Positions 18,315 to 31,700 of a DNA stretch of 64,000 nt are shown here, in pieces (the first letter of the stretch is position 1; every line of letters begins with the position of its first letter). The position numbers were made by a program, and so were the translations under genes. The DNA is from Marsupella aquatica. Taxonomy: Eukaryota > Plantae > Marchantiophyta. The notes below the pieces were generated by a model. It was not told the DNA's origin, ran no database searches, and saw only the letters and a list, made by a program, of their open reading frames with translations. The stretch covers positions 8,763,539-8,827,538 of the forward strand of contig OZ316896.1 in NCBI GenBank assembly GCA_973895155.1, written 5' to 3'.

Positions 18315-21300
18315 ATGAAGTCAGCCCTGGACCTGCCGGATATTCCGAAAGGGCAGCTCCCACCGCACCTGGAATTGCAGCGAACTCGGGTGGTCTGTGC
18401 CGCGGATGCTCCATCATATGTATTCTCTGCTCTGCCCTCCCTCCGTCCTCTATTTTCATTTTGCTCGAATCAAAAGCCTAGATTAGACAGATCATCTGGC
18501 TTTAGCTTTAATTACTCGACGGACCAAGCAGATACATTGTTTTTCCAATGTGACTGTGTCCACACGCCTTGATTCGTTTGGTAACGGCAAGTCGTTGGCA
18601 CTTTTTGGTCTCGTGGTTTGATTGGATTGTGACTTGAATTGGGCTCTGCATTTAATTTTTTGCCTGTGAGAAAACCACTCACCAGTGCCATCGGGCTCTG
18701 TGGACGTGAAGCTCATATCATCTCATCTGCCCAACTGCCAGCCTCTTTACTTGATTATTGGGCCATCGTATTTATTATGGAGGAGACGGACCCACTGATT
18801 GATAGACATTTTAATCTAGATTTCATAGCATACTCTTTACCCTGATTCCCAATTTTTTTCTGTTATGTTTCTATGGGGTTTGATGAAGGGCGAGCCATTC
18901 TCTTTGGGTTTGTTTTCAATATTGCAATATTAGATGTTCTCATGCAACTTCGTACGAATTGAGTGCAGCCAGAATCAGTCCAGTATTCAGGAGCATACAT
19001 GGCATATGGAGTCGACAACAGTTTGCGCCTGGATGAATTTCGCAAGGATTTTAAAGTGAACATAATGTCTCTGACGGAGGACGACGTTGAATTTGACATG
19101 ATAGGGATCGATGCCGCTGTGGCAAATGCGTTCCGTAGAATCTTACTTGCGGAGGTTTGTGACCTTACCTAGCTACCATTCAATTTTGTCGTCAGAGTTT
19201 GTCCATACCATGCAACTTCTGCAAATTTATCACTCTGTTGACCTTGTCAATTGACAACCTAGGCCATAGGCTGGAAATTATTTGAAATGCATTCTCTCAT
19301 TGTAAGCCTGCTCTGAGTTGACCTGACGTTAGGTCTTGTTTGACAGGTACCAACAATGGCCTTTGAAAAGGTCTTTATTGCAAACAACACGTCAGTGATT
19401 CAGGATGAAGTTTTGGCCCATCGACTCGGAATGATACCCATAAAGGCAGATCCAAGGTTGTTCGAATACAGAACAGGTACTTTCGAATGATAAACTTTTT
19501 GGGGCTCCAGAGAATTCCGTTGCGGGAGCTTCCACTAATATAGAATGTACAATTGGTTATTTTCCTTTGAATGCACAGTGTTTCCAAGTCATCCTACCTT
19601 GTATAGCTTCTCTAGTAAGAACTTGTCAACCCAAACATCCCCCCGCCCCACACACTCACACACATCCAAAAATAAAAGTAAAACCAGAACAAGGACTATC
19701 TCCCTACAGTGTGTTATGAACGTGACTGGTTTGTTCACACAGATGAGGAGAATGCTAGCGAGAAGAACACCATAGTCTTCAAACTCGACGTGGTTTGTAC
19801 CCGCAAGGGTGACCATGTGAGTAATGCCTCAGGTACGTTTTCAAGGGAACTTTGGTCGTGGTATTTCCACCTCGTCGACATGCCCTTATTCTCTTTGCTC
19901 TGAGGTGATTGGTTTGATTGGTAAATTCTTTCAAATCTTAGGGGGTTGGGCAGGACAGTCTGAGCTGGCGGTGCAGGAATTGTGATGTTATATTGTAAGA
20001 TAACTGATGTTCATTAAATGGTTTTTGCATCAGTTAAGGCAGAGGACATGAAATGGCTAGCCAAAGGGAGTGAGATGCCCTTTGATACCAAGACAAAATT
20101 CACAGCCTTTAGTTGCAGTCAAGACTCATTACCTGCATTTGTTAATGAGCCAATATGTTTTCGGTATCCTGATATTACAGTTGCGAAGCTTCGACCTGGT
20201 CAGGTATGGAATGGAATCACTGTTTTTCATGTTCTTACGAGGCTCCCTTTGGCAGACGTTAATGGCTTTAAAATGTATGGCTTGAATTTGTAAGACGAGG
20301 AATTGAATTGATTAATTTGCGTTCAAAAAAGTGTATATGACACCAATGTTCAGTCTAGCTGTTGGAGGCCAGAAAGATGACTGCTCTTGGTGGTCTGCTT
20401 AACCTGGAAAATGGATGTCACAGGCAATTGAGCTGGAAGCGCATGCAGTTAAGGGGATAGGAAAAACTCATGCTAAGTGGTCGCCCGTTGCAACGGCTAG
20501 ATATCGAATGCTACCTGAAGTATGCAACCGCTGTTACATACTACTTGCTGGAAATGTACAGTGGTTCTCAGTATGTTGATAGCGAAAGTTGTAGAATCGA
20601 CCCAGAACAGCAGGCTGTAAGACATCACAAAATTCTGGAAGTGCAAAGGATGATTGGATGAGTTGACTTATCCAAGTAGTCCTTTCATGTTTCTGATCAT
20701 GTTCTGGACAAAATCTGCAGGTAGTCCTAAATGAAGATATAGAAGGTGCAGTTGCAGATGAACTTGTTGCCAAGTGTCCGGTCAATGTATTTGACATTGA
20801 AGATTTGGAAAATGGTACGTAGTTTTGAATACTGTTTAGATTATCCGTAATGTAAAAGATTGTTGAATTGTGTGCATCTAAGGCTTGAAGGGGTGGTTTG
20901 CCTCAGTAAGATCGACCCCTTCCAATTTTATTGATGTCAGGACCCAATCTGGAGGCAACAGAGCATGAACGTTTGTTTGGAATTTCTCAACTAATGTGCT
21001 AGATTAGGTCTTGTGATCGGATTTCAATTCAATTTTGGTACGTGACATGTCCGAGTGTCTCATGCTTGTACAGAGACATCTCGTTGATGTTGTTTGTGGT
21101 TGGTCTCAGGTAACAGAAAGGCCACAGTTGCAAGGCCGAGAGATTGTACATTATGCCGTGAATGTGTACGAGGAGAGGAGTGGGAAAAGAGAGTGTCCCT
21201 TCGGAGGGTCAAAGATCATTTCATATGTGAGTTTCCTTGGTTGCTATGATCATTTGTAGTAACAGCTAATCGCAGTGGTTCATTGATATTGGTATATTTG

Positions 21301-21503
21301 GCTTCGGCATGATCGAGAGTAGTTTTCGCAGCCAATGTACGTGTGAGCACTTGATTCCTTCTGTCGTTTCGTTTCTAAAACCAATCTTGTCATGTGCAGT
21401 TTCCATTGAGTCAACTGGGGCACTACCTCCCAATGTTTTGTTTACAGAATCGATCAAGATTCTCGTTGATAAATGTCAACGAATACTGACAGAACTCCCG
21501 TAG
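18315..21503 (+). CDS. RPAC1: DNA-directed RNA polymerases I and III subunit RPAC1 (AC40/RPC40), 9 exons
   Basis: Motifs [83 protein letters not shown] and [10 protein letters not shown]. Exons 18315-18419, 18969-19154, 19347-19476, 19743-19832, 20034-20203, 20424-20519, 20721-20814, 21110-21226, 21400-21503; intron phases are consistent. Confidence 0.95.
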
Positions 21504-22574
21504 TGGTTTTCATTTATGACCCTTTATAAAACATACCGAGTTTGAAGGATGCTTTATGACACCGAGCTATGTCTTCGCTTCCCAGAAAAGCTTTTGGGAA
21601 GTGCCCACCTGCTTCTAGCGTATGGTGACTGTGCTCTTGATAACTGAAGGAGGTCACCTTTTTAGCTGTTGATCGTCACACAGTAAGCTGAATGTATACC
21701 TGTGTGGAACATTCCTCGAAGATCAGCCTTTCTAAATTGGTCAGTCTACAGACGGTGCAACGATCACTTACTGATTCTTTTCCACAACGAGCACTTCACC
21801 CAGCATTTGATGACACAGTAACAGCATTTTGCCTTTTGAGGTTTCCACGGCAGCCAAGTGCAGCTCCATTCCATCCAAAGAAATACGTTCAGAGGGGGGA
21901 GCTTCGAATCAGATCAGGTGCACATGTCAGAGTTGTGAGCAGCCCATTACAAGCCTGTCATCTTTAGATATTCGGATATGCGTCAAGGGAAACTATTTCC
22001 AGTTACGGAGTGTTGTGGGATCAGCTGAGCTGTAAGGAAAAGGAGGATTTGCAGAGAAGCTTGCAGCTGTACAATTGCTAATATATCCAGCAAGTCCCGG
22101 CTGCCAAATTTGGTGCCTGGCATGCTGGCCCTGGGAGTGGAAACTGTGACTGTTTCCCAAGTCAACCGCGTTCATAACTTTTCCGATCCGGATTCTGGCA
22201 AAAGCATGTACTGTTGGAGTGCTTCTCCCTCTAATTCATTCTTTGGTCCTTTGGTCTTCTGGTCTTTTGCCATTTTGTAGTTGGATCCTTTTACTCAGAG
22301 CAACAAAGTGGTGAAGAGCTAAGAGGGCATTCTGGCTTGAGCAAAGGGCATTCGTTCATGGAAGGGTATTCTTCCTTTTGTCTCGACACTAATATAGAGG
22401 ATCGCGGGCATGGACCAAAGTAAGTTAATGTTCTCCCTGACATGCGGTGTACAAAATTAAAGCCCTCGGCCTTTGTTTGGGATACCTCCCTCACGAGAGA
22501 GCTTTACTTAATAGAAAGAATAATAGACTCGTTGAAATCCCTGGTAAAAATGATATATCCATGGGTCTATTGTA

Positions 22575-22735
22575 GTAGGAGAGAAAACAAATCCTTGGTC
22601 CCAAATGATAGATCCATCCAGAGTAGAAGAGAGAACAAATCCTTAGTCCCAAATAATAGATCCATGCATTACTAGAGAGAACAAATCCTTGGCCAAAAAT
22701 GATAGACCCTCGAAAGTGAAGGAGAGAACAAATGT
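22575..22735. repeat. Tandem repeat, ~45-48 bp unit (GAGAACAAATCCTTGGTCCCAAATGATAGATCC), 3-4 copies
   Basis: Direct inspection; lies in non-coding repeat-like DNA. Confidence 0.8.
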
Positions 22736-24989
22736 ACTGGAAAACGGTTAACAAAATACCAGAACAAAATGAAAACAAGCCTGGGGAGGTCCAAAAGAAA
22801 ACCAAGAAAATATAATAAGCCGACCCCAAGTCAAATACTACAAAGGAAAGACATTATACTAATTATGTAGTAAGTACCCACTCCTAAAGTATTGCATGGC
22901 CCAGGATGCACTTGTAACATTACAGCTTACAAAATATACCACTGTCTTATGGGCAATTTGGCTGGGCAGTAATGAACAGAACCTAAGCCTGGGTGGACAC
23001 AGTCTTTTAATTTGGTCCTTGCTCTCTCTGAAATGACTGACCATATTCCCCACCATATTCATTGGATGTGTGAGGGCACTAGACCTGGCCTGAAGCACAC
23101 TTGCCTTTAAACCACCACTGGCCATATAAAAGGAGACGTATCCAAGACTTCTCCCTTTTTCACATTCCTCTCCTCCACCTTGAGACTTTGCTCCACAATT
23201 TCTAGGAAAAGTACTAAAAATGGTGTTTTTGTTATGGCTAGTGGCTCTTTAAGAGCTAAGGAGGAGATTAGAACAGAACAACTTAGATGGATTTCTCATT
23301 GTGACCGTCATTTTGTTTCCCAGGTCACAAGTGCACCTGCTCTAGAGCATCTGCTGAGGTGGATACTCATTTTGGTGTAGGTGTCCAGAGATTGATGGTC
23401 ATTAGTTCATTGACTTCAATTTCCTGTTGGGTAATATATCTAAATGGGGCAGTTAGATACAACTCCATTATTTTTGATCTAGAGTTGCTTTTCAGAGTTT
23501 GAGTCTCAGACCCAACTCGCATGTATGCAGCCCTAAGGCATATGGCCCTAAGCACGTGCAAAGTTTTTGGGAAAAAGTAAATCCTGTCTCTGGTATGTGT
23601 TATGATAGCCTTTGCCCTCAGATTCCCTCTTTATTGTTGTCCACTACAAACTACATAGGACATCTTGTTTGATCTGAAATTCAACGGACGTGACCTGCAA
23701 GGGCAGGAAAGTTTCTGGCCCTTGCCTTGGTTCTGCACTTATTGTGACATAAACCCTGTCGGATGTTAGGGTATCTCCACAATATTCTCAATAAATAATT
23801 CAATGTCATGTTTGAAGTCGAGGACCCCAAAACAAAGGGCCAATGACATGCAGGTTGGGTTTTAAATTCGTGGGCATCTCCATGCCACTGCTGTCTCTTT
23901 TGCGAGCTGATTTTCAGCTCCAGGCTTTGATGGGCTTTCTTGGTAGGCATTGTGCTGTCCTTTGTGGTTCCCCCTTCCCGTGGGGTCTTGAGGGTTTTAC
24001 TTTGAAAAGACACAAAAAAGAAGGGAAACTTACCCTTGCAAGTGAGCGTTATGTGACACAAAAATAAAGATGCATAAAAAGTGGATGAGAGAACAAATTT
24101 ACTGAAAAGGGCCAACAAAATACACTGAAGAGAAAGAGTTTGGAGAGGTCCATTAATAGGAAAATGAAAGAAAAATGGTATGGAAAACCTCTCGGATAAC
24201 CTACCCCACATGAAAATAGATTACACGAAACTAGGTACTAATGATCCATATGTAAAGGTAGAGAGTGCATCTACAACAGGATATCTACACTGTTCACTGT
24301 TTATAGTGTATGCAAGAATGAATGTTATGCAAAAATTAATGTGAGTAACACTGCTTTATGTAAACTTGATCCGAAGGCAAAAGTAATAGTAATTCTTGTT
24401 GGTTTTCAAAATCATTTGTTTCCAGTTTTGCTAAAGTGTTTGTCAATAATTGATTTAATCATCCAAGAGTAGAGCATTTGTAGTTGTGGAGAGCCGTGTA
24501 GTCTTGGAGGGCTAGAGCATGACTGGGGATCATTTGTATAGAACTTGCAGAGGGCTCGACAAGAACAACAAAGGGCTCCATCGTTAGGGATGTGTGAAGG
24601 CAAGTGTGAAGAGCAGAGTATCAAAATAGCAAAGCATACCAACACATCAAAGTAGCAGAGGGCTCTACAATTAAGAGTGTCTCACGCAATTTTATGCACG
24701 GGCCCCTTTGGATGGGAGAAATATTCTATGTAGCATCAAAGTAGCAGAGGACACCACAATGTAACTTTATGTTGTGTGATTGAAGCACCTCCCCCGCCCC
24801 CCCCCCCTCAGACCGAGCCTCAGACTTACAATGGCAAGTCATTGGCCGCACTACAACATCAATGTGGCCCAGCATCAACATTAACATCGGAAATTTGATT
24901 ACACGTAAAGTTTTGATTTGTCCAAAGAATGGGTCCAACCGCATGTCCAACAAACACTTCAATTTGAAAGCCCTTCGAGAAGCAAAACA

Positions 24990-25310
24990 AGCAGCAAAAC
25001 CAAACTCAATCCAACAACAATTGGGTTCAGTAACAACAACAATCCCCTCAAATTCAGAAGTAGCAACAACTATCCAATGAACTTTTCAGTAGCAACAATG
25101 ATCCAATTTAAGTTCAGTAACAACAACAATCCAAGCAACTCAAACTTCGCAGCAGGCGCAACAACGATTGAGTTCAAGTTCAGATGTAGCAACAACAAAG
25201 ATCCACTTTGCAACAACAACAACACTAACCTATTTACTTGCCTATTTAGCAGCAATAGCAACCAGGGCAATAACAATCCACTTTCCCAGTGCCACCAGCA
25301 ACATCAATGT
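24990..25310. repeat. AAC/AGC-rich degenerate minisatellite
   Basis: Repeated TTCAG..TAGCAACAACAA units; overlapping ORFs are low complexity (poly-N/T/L). Confidence 0.7.
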
Positions 25311-26225
25311 TAGCTTGAGCACTGATGACTTCAATCCTAACATTATCAAAAAATTACCCTAACAAAAAACTGGTGTAGAGGTTCTGGTTGCCCAGAACAC
25401 CTGAAGCCCTTGCCTTTCTTTAGCCGCCATCATAGCCACATGATAGTTGAGTATGAAAGCCACCCAAATTAGAATTAAGTAACATACTTTCATGCGTTGG
25501 GAGCAGGGTTATGACATAATTAGTCTGACTAACACTAATTTGTGAGTAGACCTTGGAAATCTCTTCTCTTGAATTGGATGTGTGAGTAACACTAATTGCA
25601 AGGAATAGTGTATATCTTCTATCTATGCAAGCCTCTCATGAGGTGTGCTATTGCTTACCGCATGGGATCTTTAGTGGATGGCTCAAGTTTGGATGGCTCA
25701 TTAAGCTTGGAATTGTTAAACCGCCACTTATATTTGCTGGCAAAAGTGGATCATCAATCAATTCAAAGTAGATAATATGTTACTGCTGGCCCGTGCGTGA
25801 GTGCCCCTAGCTGCTTGTTGAGGAAGCTTGTTGAACTGATGATGCAGGCTCCCAAACTTATATAGGGAGGAAACTATTCTTCTCCTTTGCTGTCTCTGCT
25901 CATATTGTTGCCACCCCTACCTATGATGATGATGCACAGGTCTACAATATCTCAACACTACAAGTTGATGACCACCACATCAGTTGGGTGCACTGGCCGT
26001 TATGTACCATGGTAAGATTGACATGTACCTATTGTTTTTGTAAACCTGGTAAGAGTTGATGGTAACCTCCCTCCTCACCTGTAACTCTGTCCCTGACATA
26101 ACTTGCTTTATCACATCCCACCTTTTGTAATGAACCTAAACTATCTCCACTTCTTCTACATCTAAGGAGGTGTAATTGACATTATCACATACAACTTTTA
26201 AGTACTTTCAATTGCCACTAAAGAT

Positions 26226-26389
26226 GTTCTAATTGACAATATTGCCACTATTTTTTTGTATTTATACAAATGCCATGGTTTGGTACATGGATGACAACTT
26301 CACCAAGGTAACCAGGGGAGCTATATACGGAAGTCGTGGCAGTTTTGTAAATACAAAAAAAATTTCATGGCAGTATTGTAAATTCAAAC
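26226..26389. mobile_element. Foldback MITE-like inverted repeat (Mutator-like)
   Basis: AATTGACAATATTGCCAC..TTTTTTTGTATTTA..ATGCCA pairs with TGGCAGTTTTGTAAATACAAAAAAA..ATGGCAGTATTGTAAATT; arms ~50 bp. No clear TSD. Confidence 0.6.
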
Positions 26390-27844
26390 ATCATTAGTAG
26401 CAATGTATTTAAAATCTGTTATCAAATATCTGTCCACATGTGGTAAACCCAAACAAAGAAGGTGTTTTGAAACTTCTCCAAAGACATTGTTCCTAAAAAA
26501 TGGAATGATAGGGTTAGCCTGAAGCCAACCCATGCACCTTCCCTCCAAAAGAACGTGTATAACCTCTAACTGTTGCAGACGCCTTTGTGAGGATCCCATG
26601 AGGATACTAATGGTAACTAAGGTAAAAGGTTCCTCATTCTCACCTAGGTCAACCTAAAGTCATATAAGGTCAAGGGACAAAAACTCATGAAGTTAATGTG
26701 ATTCTATCTAGGTCAGGTAGAGATGATCATGCCAGACGGAAATGAACCTGGAATCCCCAATCTTCATCAATGATAAAAGCAAGAAGGGTCTCTCAACAAA
26801 AATAATGAATATATGATAACAATAACAATGAGAATGCAGATGCTCATGCCCTCCAAAAAGCCAAAGGTACAATAGAGTTATACATACAGAGGTTTAAGCC
26901 AGATGAGTGAACCCGCATTTAGATTCAAGTCCACGATGAGTTTATGTTTCACATTAATAAGTTCAAAATAGGACCAACTTAGAGTTGTCTTGCACGACGC
27001 GCCTCCAACTTCAATTCATGGCTCTAAACCAATGTTCTGACAATGTATTACTAACTTGATTGTGCCAGGCTAGATGGCTTCTTAAGTGGAAAACCGAGGC
27101 CAAAGTCTACAAACGTTCCAGCACATGCATTCGATCCCTACCTCTGAAAAGCAAAGAAAAAATAATCCTTTGGTCCAATGCTCATGGCTTTATCTCCAAA
27201 ATTGAGGGATTTTTAAGGCCAAAATTTTGAGGGCCAACTACATGCAAGACAACACTTCGCTCTGGAGGAGTAGAGACCAGCTTTGTCCAACAGGAGAGCA
27301 GTAAATGACTCACCTGATATTTTATGGGTTACACAACGTTATGGGTTCAACAGATTTTACAATTCTTCATATTTAGCCTGTGATCAGAGTGGTCACTATC
27401 TTATTGAATAAAGCGCTGCCAAAACCTATTCTTGAGGGCTGCTGTCTAGAGTGAAGCCTCTAGACCTTAACTCAAGGGGATAACGGATAGTCCATAAAGA
27501 AATCAGGGATGGGGAAAATAATGAGCGGAAAATAATAATGAATTTTTTTTGCAAAGTTTTCTTTTGTGTCATCTCTATTTATTTTCAAAAAATGGGTAAT
27601 CAAGCTTGTGTCTATCATCCTCTTGTTTTGTGTACAACTATAATGTCCTCAACAAAAAAAATAAGGCAAAAAATGCCCAAAGGAATTGGGTAGTGTGAGT
27701 TGATGTGGTACCCATTTACATGAGTGCAAAGACTTGAGGCCTAATAAAGAGGATCTCTCAAATCCAAAGCCTCAACTTATCTTTGTTGGGCTTAGTTTGA
27801 AGGAAAAATAGAAAATAGACAAGCTCGGGGCACTCACATCGTGG

Positions 27845-28412
27845 TCCTGGCCTTGGCCTTGGTTCTGCCTGGCCCTTGCCTGGCTCCCTTGCCTTTCCTT
27901 TCCGTTGTGAAGGGATTTTTGTCTAGATTCCTTGGAAAAATCCTTTCCTTTCCTTTACTTTCTTTTCCTTTCCCTTGTGACGAGATTCTTGTCTCTGTTC
28001 CTGAAAGAATTCCTTTCCTTTCCTTTCCTTTCCTTTCCTTTCCTTTCCTTTGGTAAGAGATTGTCGTCTCTGTTCCTTTCCTTTCCTTTCGTCCTTGCGA
28101 CCTTTCCTTTCCTTTGTAAGAGATTGTCGTCTCTGTTCCTGAAAGAATTCCTTTCCTCTCCTTCGTGAAGAGATTCTCGTCTTTCAATATCAGAAAACAG
28201 AACGCCTCCTCTCACTCACAACCTGGCCTTGGCCCTGGCCCTGCGAGGCCCTGTGCCCCCTTTCCTTTCCTTTCCTTTCCTTTCCTTTCCTTCGTGCAGA
28301 CTGAAAAGATTCTCGTCTCTGTTCCTGGAAGAATTCCATTCCATTCCTTTCGTTTGGTTTGGTTTCGTTTCGTTTCCTTCCGTGAGGAAATTGTCCTCTC
28401 CCTCTGTTCCTG
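27845..28412. repeat. (TTTCC)n microsatellite with interspersed GAGATT(C/G)TCGTCTCTGTTCCTGAAAGAATTCC units, upstream of UFD2
   Basis: Pentamer runs plus about 5 copies of a ~35-bp motif. CTGGCCTTGGCC blocks occur at ~27847 and ~28223. Confidence 0.85.
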
Positions 28413-28796
28413 AGAGAAAGGTGGGGGAAGAAGAGGGCGATTGAGTCATTTCCGCACTCGTTTTCCTTTCTTGTGTTGTTGTTGTTGAGTCCGGCACTGG
28501 AGAATTCTTCCTTCGTTCATCGTCCGTGCACTCTCTCCCATCCTCCTGCCTGCGTGCCTGCGTGCTTGAAGTGTGAGAGGAGGCGAGCAATTGAGGTGGA
28601 CGGAGTCGAGCAAGAGGGAGGTCGGACGGACGGACGGACGGACTGACCGAGTGACTAATATAATCCCTGGTTGGATCGTGCACTATTTGAGGAGGAGAGG
28701 AGGAGGGAACGAGGGCAGGGACAGGAAGTGAATTCGGTTTTGGTTTGCGGCGGAGAGGATTATTGAGAGGGAGATTGGCGAGACGGAGGTGGAGTG

Positions 28797-31700
28797 ATGG
28801 CGGAGAAGCGAAGCAGGAAAGAGGAGGTGGAAGATTTCATTTTGAGGAAGGTTTTGCTGGTGACGCTCGTGCAGCAGCAGCAGGGAACAGTGGCTCATGA
28901 GTATATGTACTTGGAACAGCTAGCCGCTGAGCTACTGAGTGAGGGGAAGAATTTGGCACTGACTAGGGATGTGCTCGAGAGGGTGTTGATGGACAGGCTT
29001 TCGGCGAACAGAGGAGGGGGAGAGACGCCATTCTTGTATTTAGTGGGATGCTACCGGAGAGCTTTAGATGAACATCGCAAGTTGCAAAACATGAAAGACA
29101 AGCAAATTCTCGCAGAGGTTCAGTACACGTTGGCCCAGGTTAGGGACCTTTGCGTTTCGTATGCGGGGAATATATGCCTGTACCCTGACATGTTTCCGCA
29201 GCCTCCCAAGGCTTTGAATGACCGTCATTCGGATTTGTTGGGGCTCATTCTTGCGGATGTCGCCCCGTCAGTGGGGTTTGATCCCGGCACTAGCGGCGTC
29301 GGGGGGAGTGGGCCGACTTTGCCGCCCGGATTTCTTGACCACTTCATCAAGCGCTTCGAAGATGAGGGCTTAGGTGACATTTTCAATCCGGTCTTCAGAG
29401 ATTTGCAGCAAAGTGTCATGAAAGTCTCTCCCTTAGGTCCATTCCAAGGGCCATTGAGAGCTCTAGTAATGCTGGTGTCGTATCCTCCTCTGGCCAAGGC
29501 GCTGGTGAATCATCCAGTATGGCACCCTAAGAGTGACCTCGTGAATGGCAGAATGATGGAAGTGGGCAGCATTTTAGGGCCCTTCTTCCACATCAGTGCT
29601 ATTCCCGACCATCCCGTCTTCGGCAACGGTGAACCAAATGTCGGGTGAAGCTCTAACTTCGTCGTGGATGTTTGATCTGATGTGAATTTTCCTCTTTTTA
29701 AAAAAGTTCACCTTCCTTTCTCCAAAGCTTTCTTTTCGTTGGTGGTCAATTTCTGATATTTGTGCTCTGAACGTAGATGTTGAGACCTAGAATGATAGTG
29801 CGACTTTTAGGGCAAGTGGTCTCGCTGTGTTTGTAGCAATTCTCATGCAGGCTTTTTAAGGAGTGTCACTTATCGGTATGGTTGGTGGATTTGTGATGGA
29901 CAGACAGCATTGCTTCTCCGATATCAGCAATCGCAGGCCTTCGGACATAATTTCCACTTTTGCGACGATCAGGACAGTTATGCATCAGCTGTACGAAGGA
30001 TTGCACGAGTTGCTGCTGAAGCTTCTGAAGTCTGCTGACAACAGAGAATCCGTTCTTCAATATCTTGCTGACCTGATTCAGAAGAACGCTAAAAGGGAAG
30101 CCCTACAGGTAGTTTGAATCAATAAAGCCAACCTTTTGCAAGATTCAAAACTTCTACTGAGTTGGGGTTTGCTAGAATATGGCAAACACATGTTGGTGGT
30201 GCATTCGTGGGTAATGGAATCATTTTGTTCATTATTCCGTTGTTTGAACCACATAACAACAAAGTCAAGCTAGAACTTGTCTTTTATTGATTGTATATCG
30301 TTGTCTCTTAGGCAAACCCATTCACGAATGCCAGCAATGGAATGTTCGTGTGTTTGAGTGCTGTTATGCTGAGTCTCTGCGAACCGTTCTTTGACATCTC
30401 TTCGTCTAAGAAAGATAAAATAGATGCTGGGTATGTGCTGCACCAAGGGCGTATCGATTTCAGGTGAATACCGCAGTTTTACCTCGTTTCTCCTGATTTA
30501 ACGATATAGATATGATGAGCACCTGTACTTCCTGGGTTCGGATGCCGCTGATAGCTTTCCCTTTTCATTTTGGGGGCAACAGCTCACTTCCTAACAGTGC
30601 AACGAAGATTTGTAGCAGTACTAACCAAAATAAATATCTGAGAAACGGCTTCGTTTACAGCTCTTTGACTGCATTGCATGCGACTTCGGAAGAAGTCGCT
30701 AATTGGGTCGATAAACGCAACCTATCTCGCACTGAAGGTTTCCGGCAAGTTCAGCAGCAGAAAGAGCAAGAAGAAATGAGACGTATGCAGTCACACGAAG
30801 CAACAACTTCTTCATCTAGCAATGGCCTCAACCCGTTACTGGTTCCTGTCCGCTCGTGGCCGGAGCAGACTAGTTATAGTTTTATCTGCGAGTGTTTCTT
30901 CCTGACTGCAAGAGTACTGAATCTGGGGCTGATGAAGGCTCTTTCAGACTTCAAGTCACTTGCACAGGTGTGCTTTGTGCCTGGATTTGATTTCTAGGCT
31001 TAGAATTGGTATCAGATAACGACTGCAATATTAGGGCGTTTCTCATTTCTAGGTTGGGGAGGCTGTAAAATTCTAACCTTATGTAGTCCGATTAATTTAA
31101 TAATCAGAGAGCTTCATTGATTTTGCTTAAGTTAATTGGTCGATTCGTTCAATTATGACAGTTCGAATTCTTGTTCGGGATCTGTGAGAGTTTGCGCTTA
31201 AAAATCTTGGCTGTACTGAGCAGGAGCTTTCACGGCAGAAAGAGGCTTTGAATTCCCTTAGAGCGTTACGTGGTGTTGGAGCACCTCCTGATTTGGAGAA
31301 CGAGTTAAGCCAGGCAAAGGCTTTAGTTGAACGTCTTTCCCAAGACCGGTTCTGTTACGAGGCACAGCTGTTGAAGGTTAGTGCTGTCTTTAGCCTGCTG
31401 GCTTGTCAGTAGAGTAGGATGTCATCTCTGCTGTTGTTTAATTTTTGGCACTGACAAGATTTTCTAACACTACTTGATTGTCAACAGCTTGTTGCTGGAT
31501 TTCAAGCAACGTAGTCTCCTTTCATGTAGGTGACGAGGATGTGTGAAATTATCGTTGGTCTGATACCGATGTTTGTGCTACTTCTCTCCAGGATACTGCT
31601 CTTATTCAGAACGCCTTGAGCTTCTACAGGTTGATGATCGTTTGGGTCGTGAGCCTCATCGGGGGCTTCAAGATGCCTCTTCCTATTCCGTGCCCAATGG

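Noticed and set aside
27834-28683. KERKG / FPFLS-repeat ORFs
   Set aside because: Translations of the (TTTCC)n satellite.
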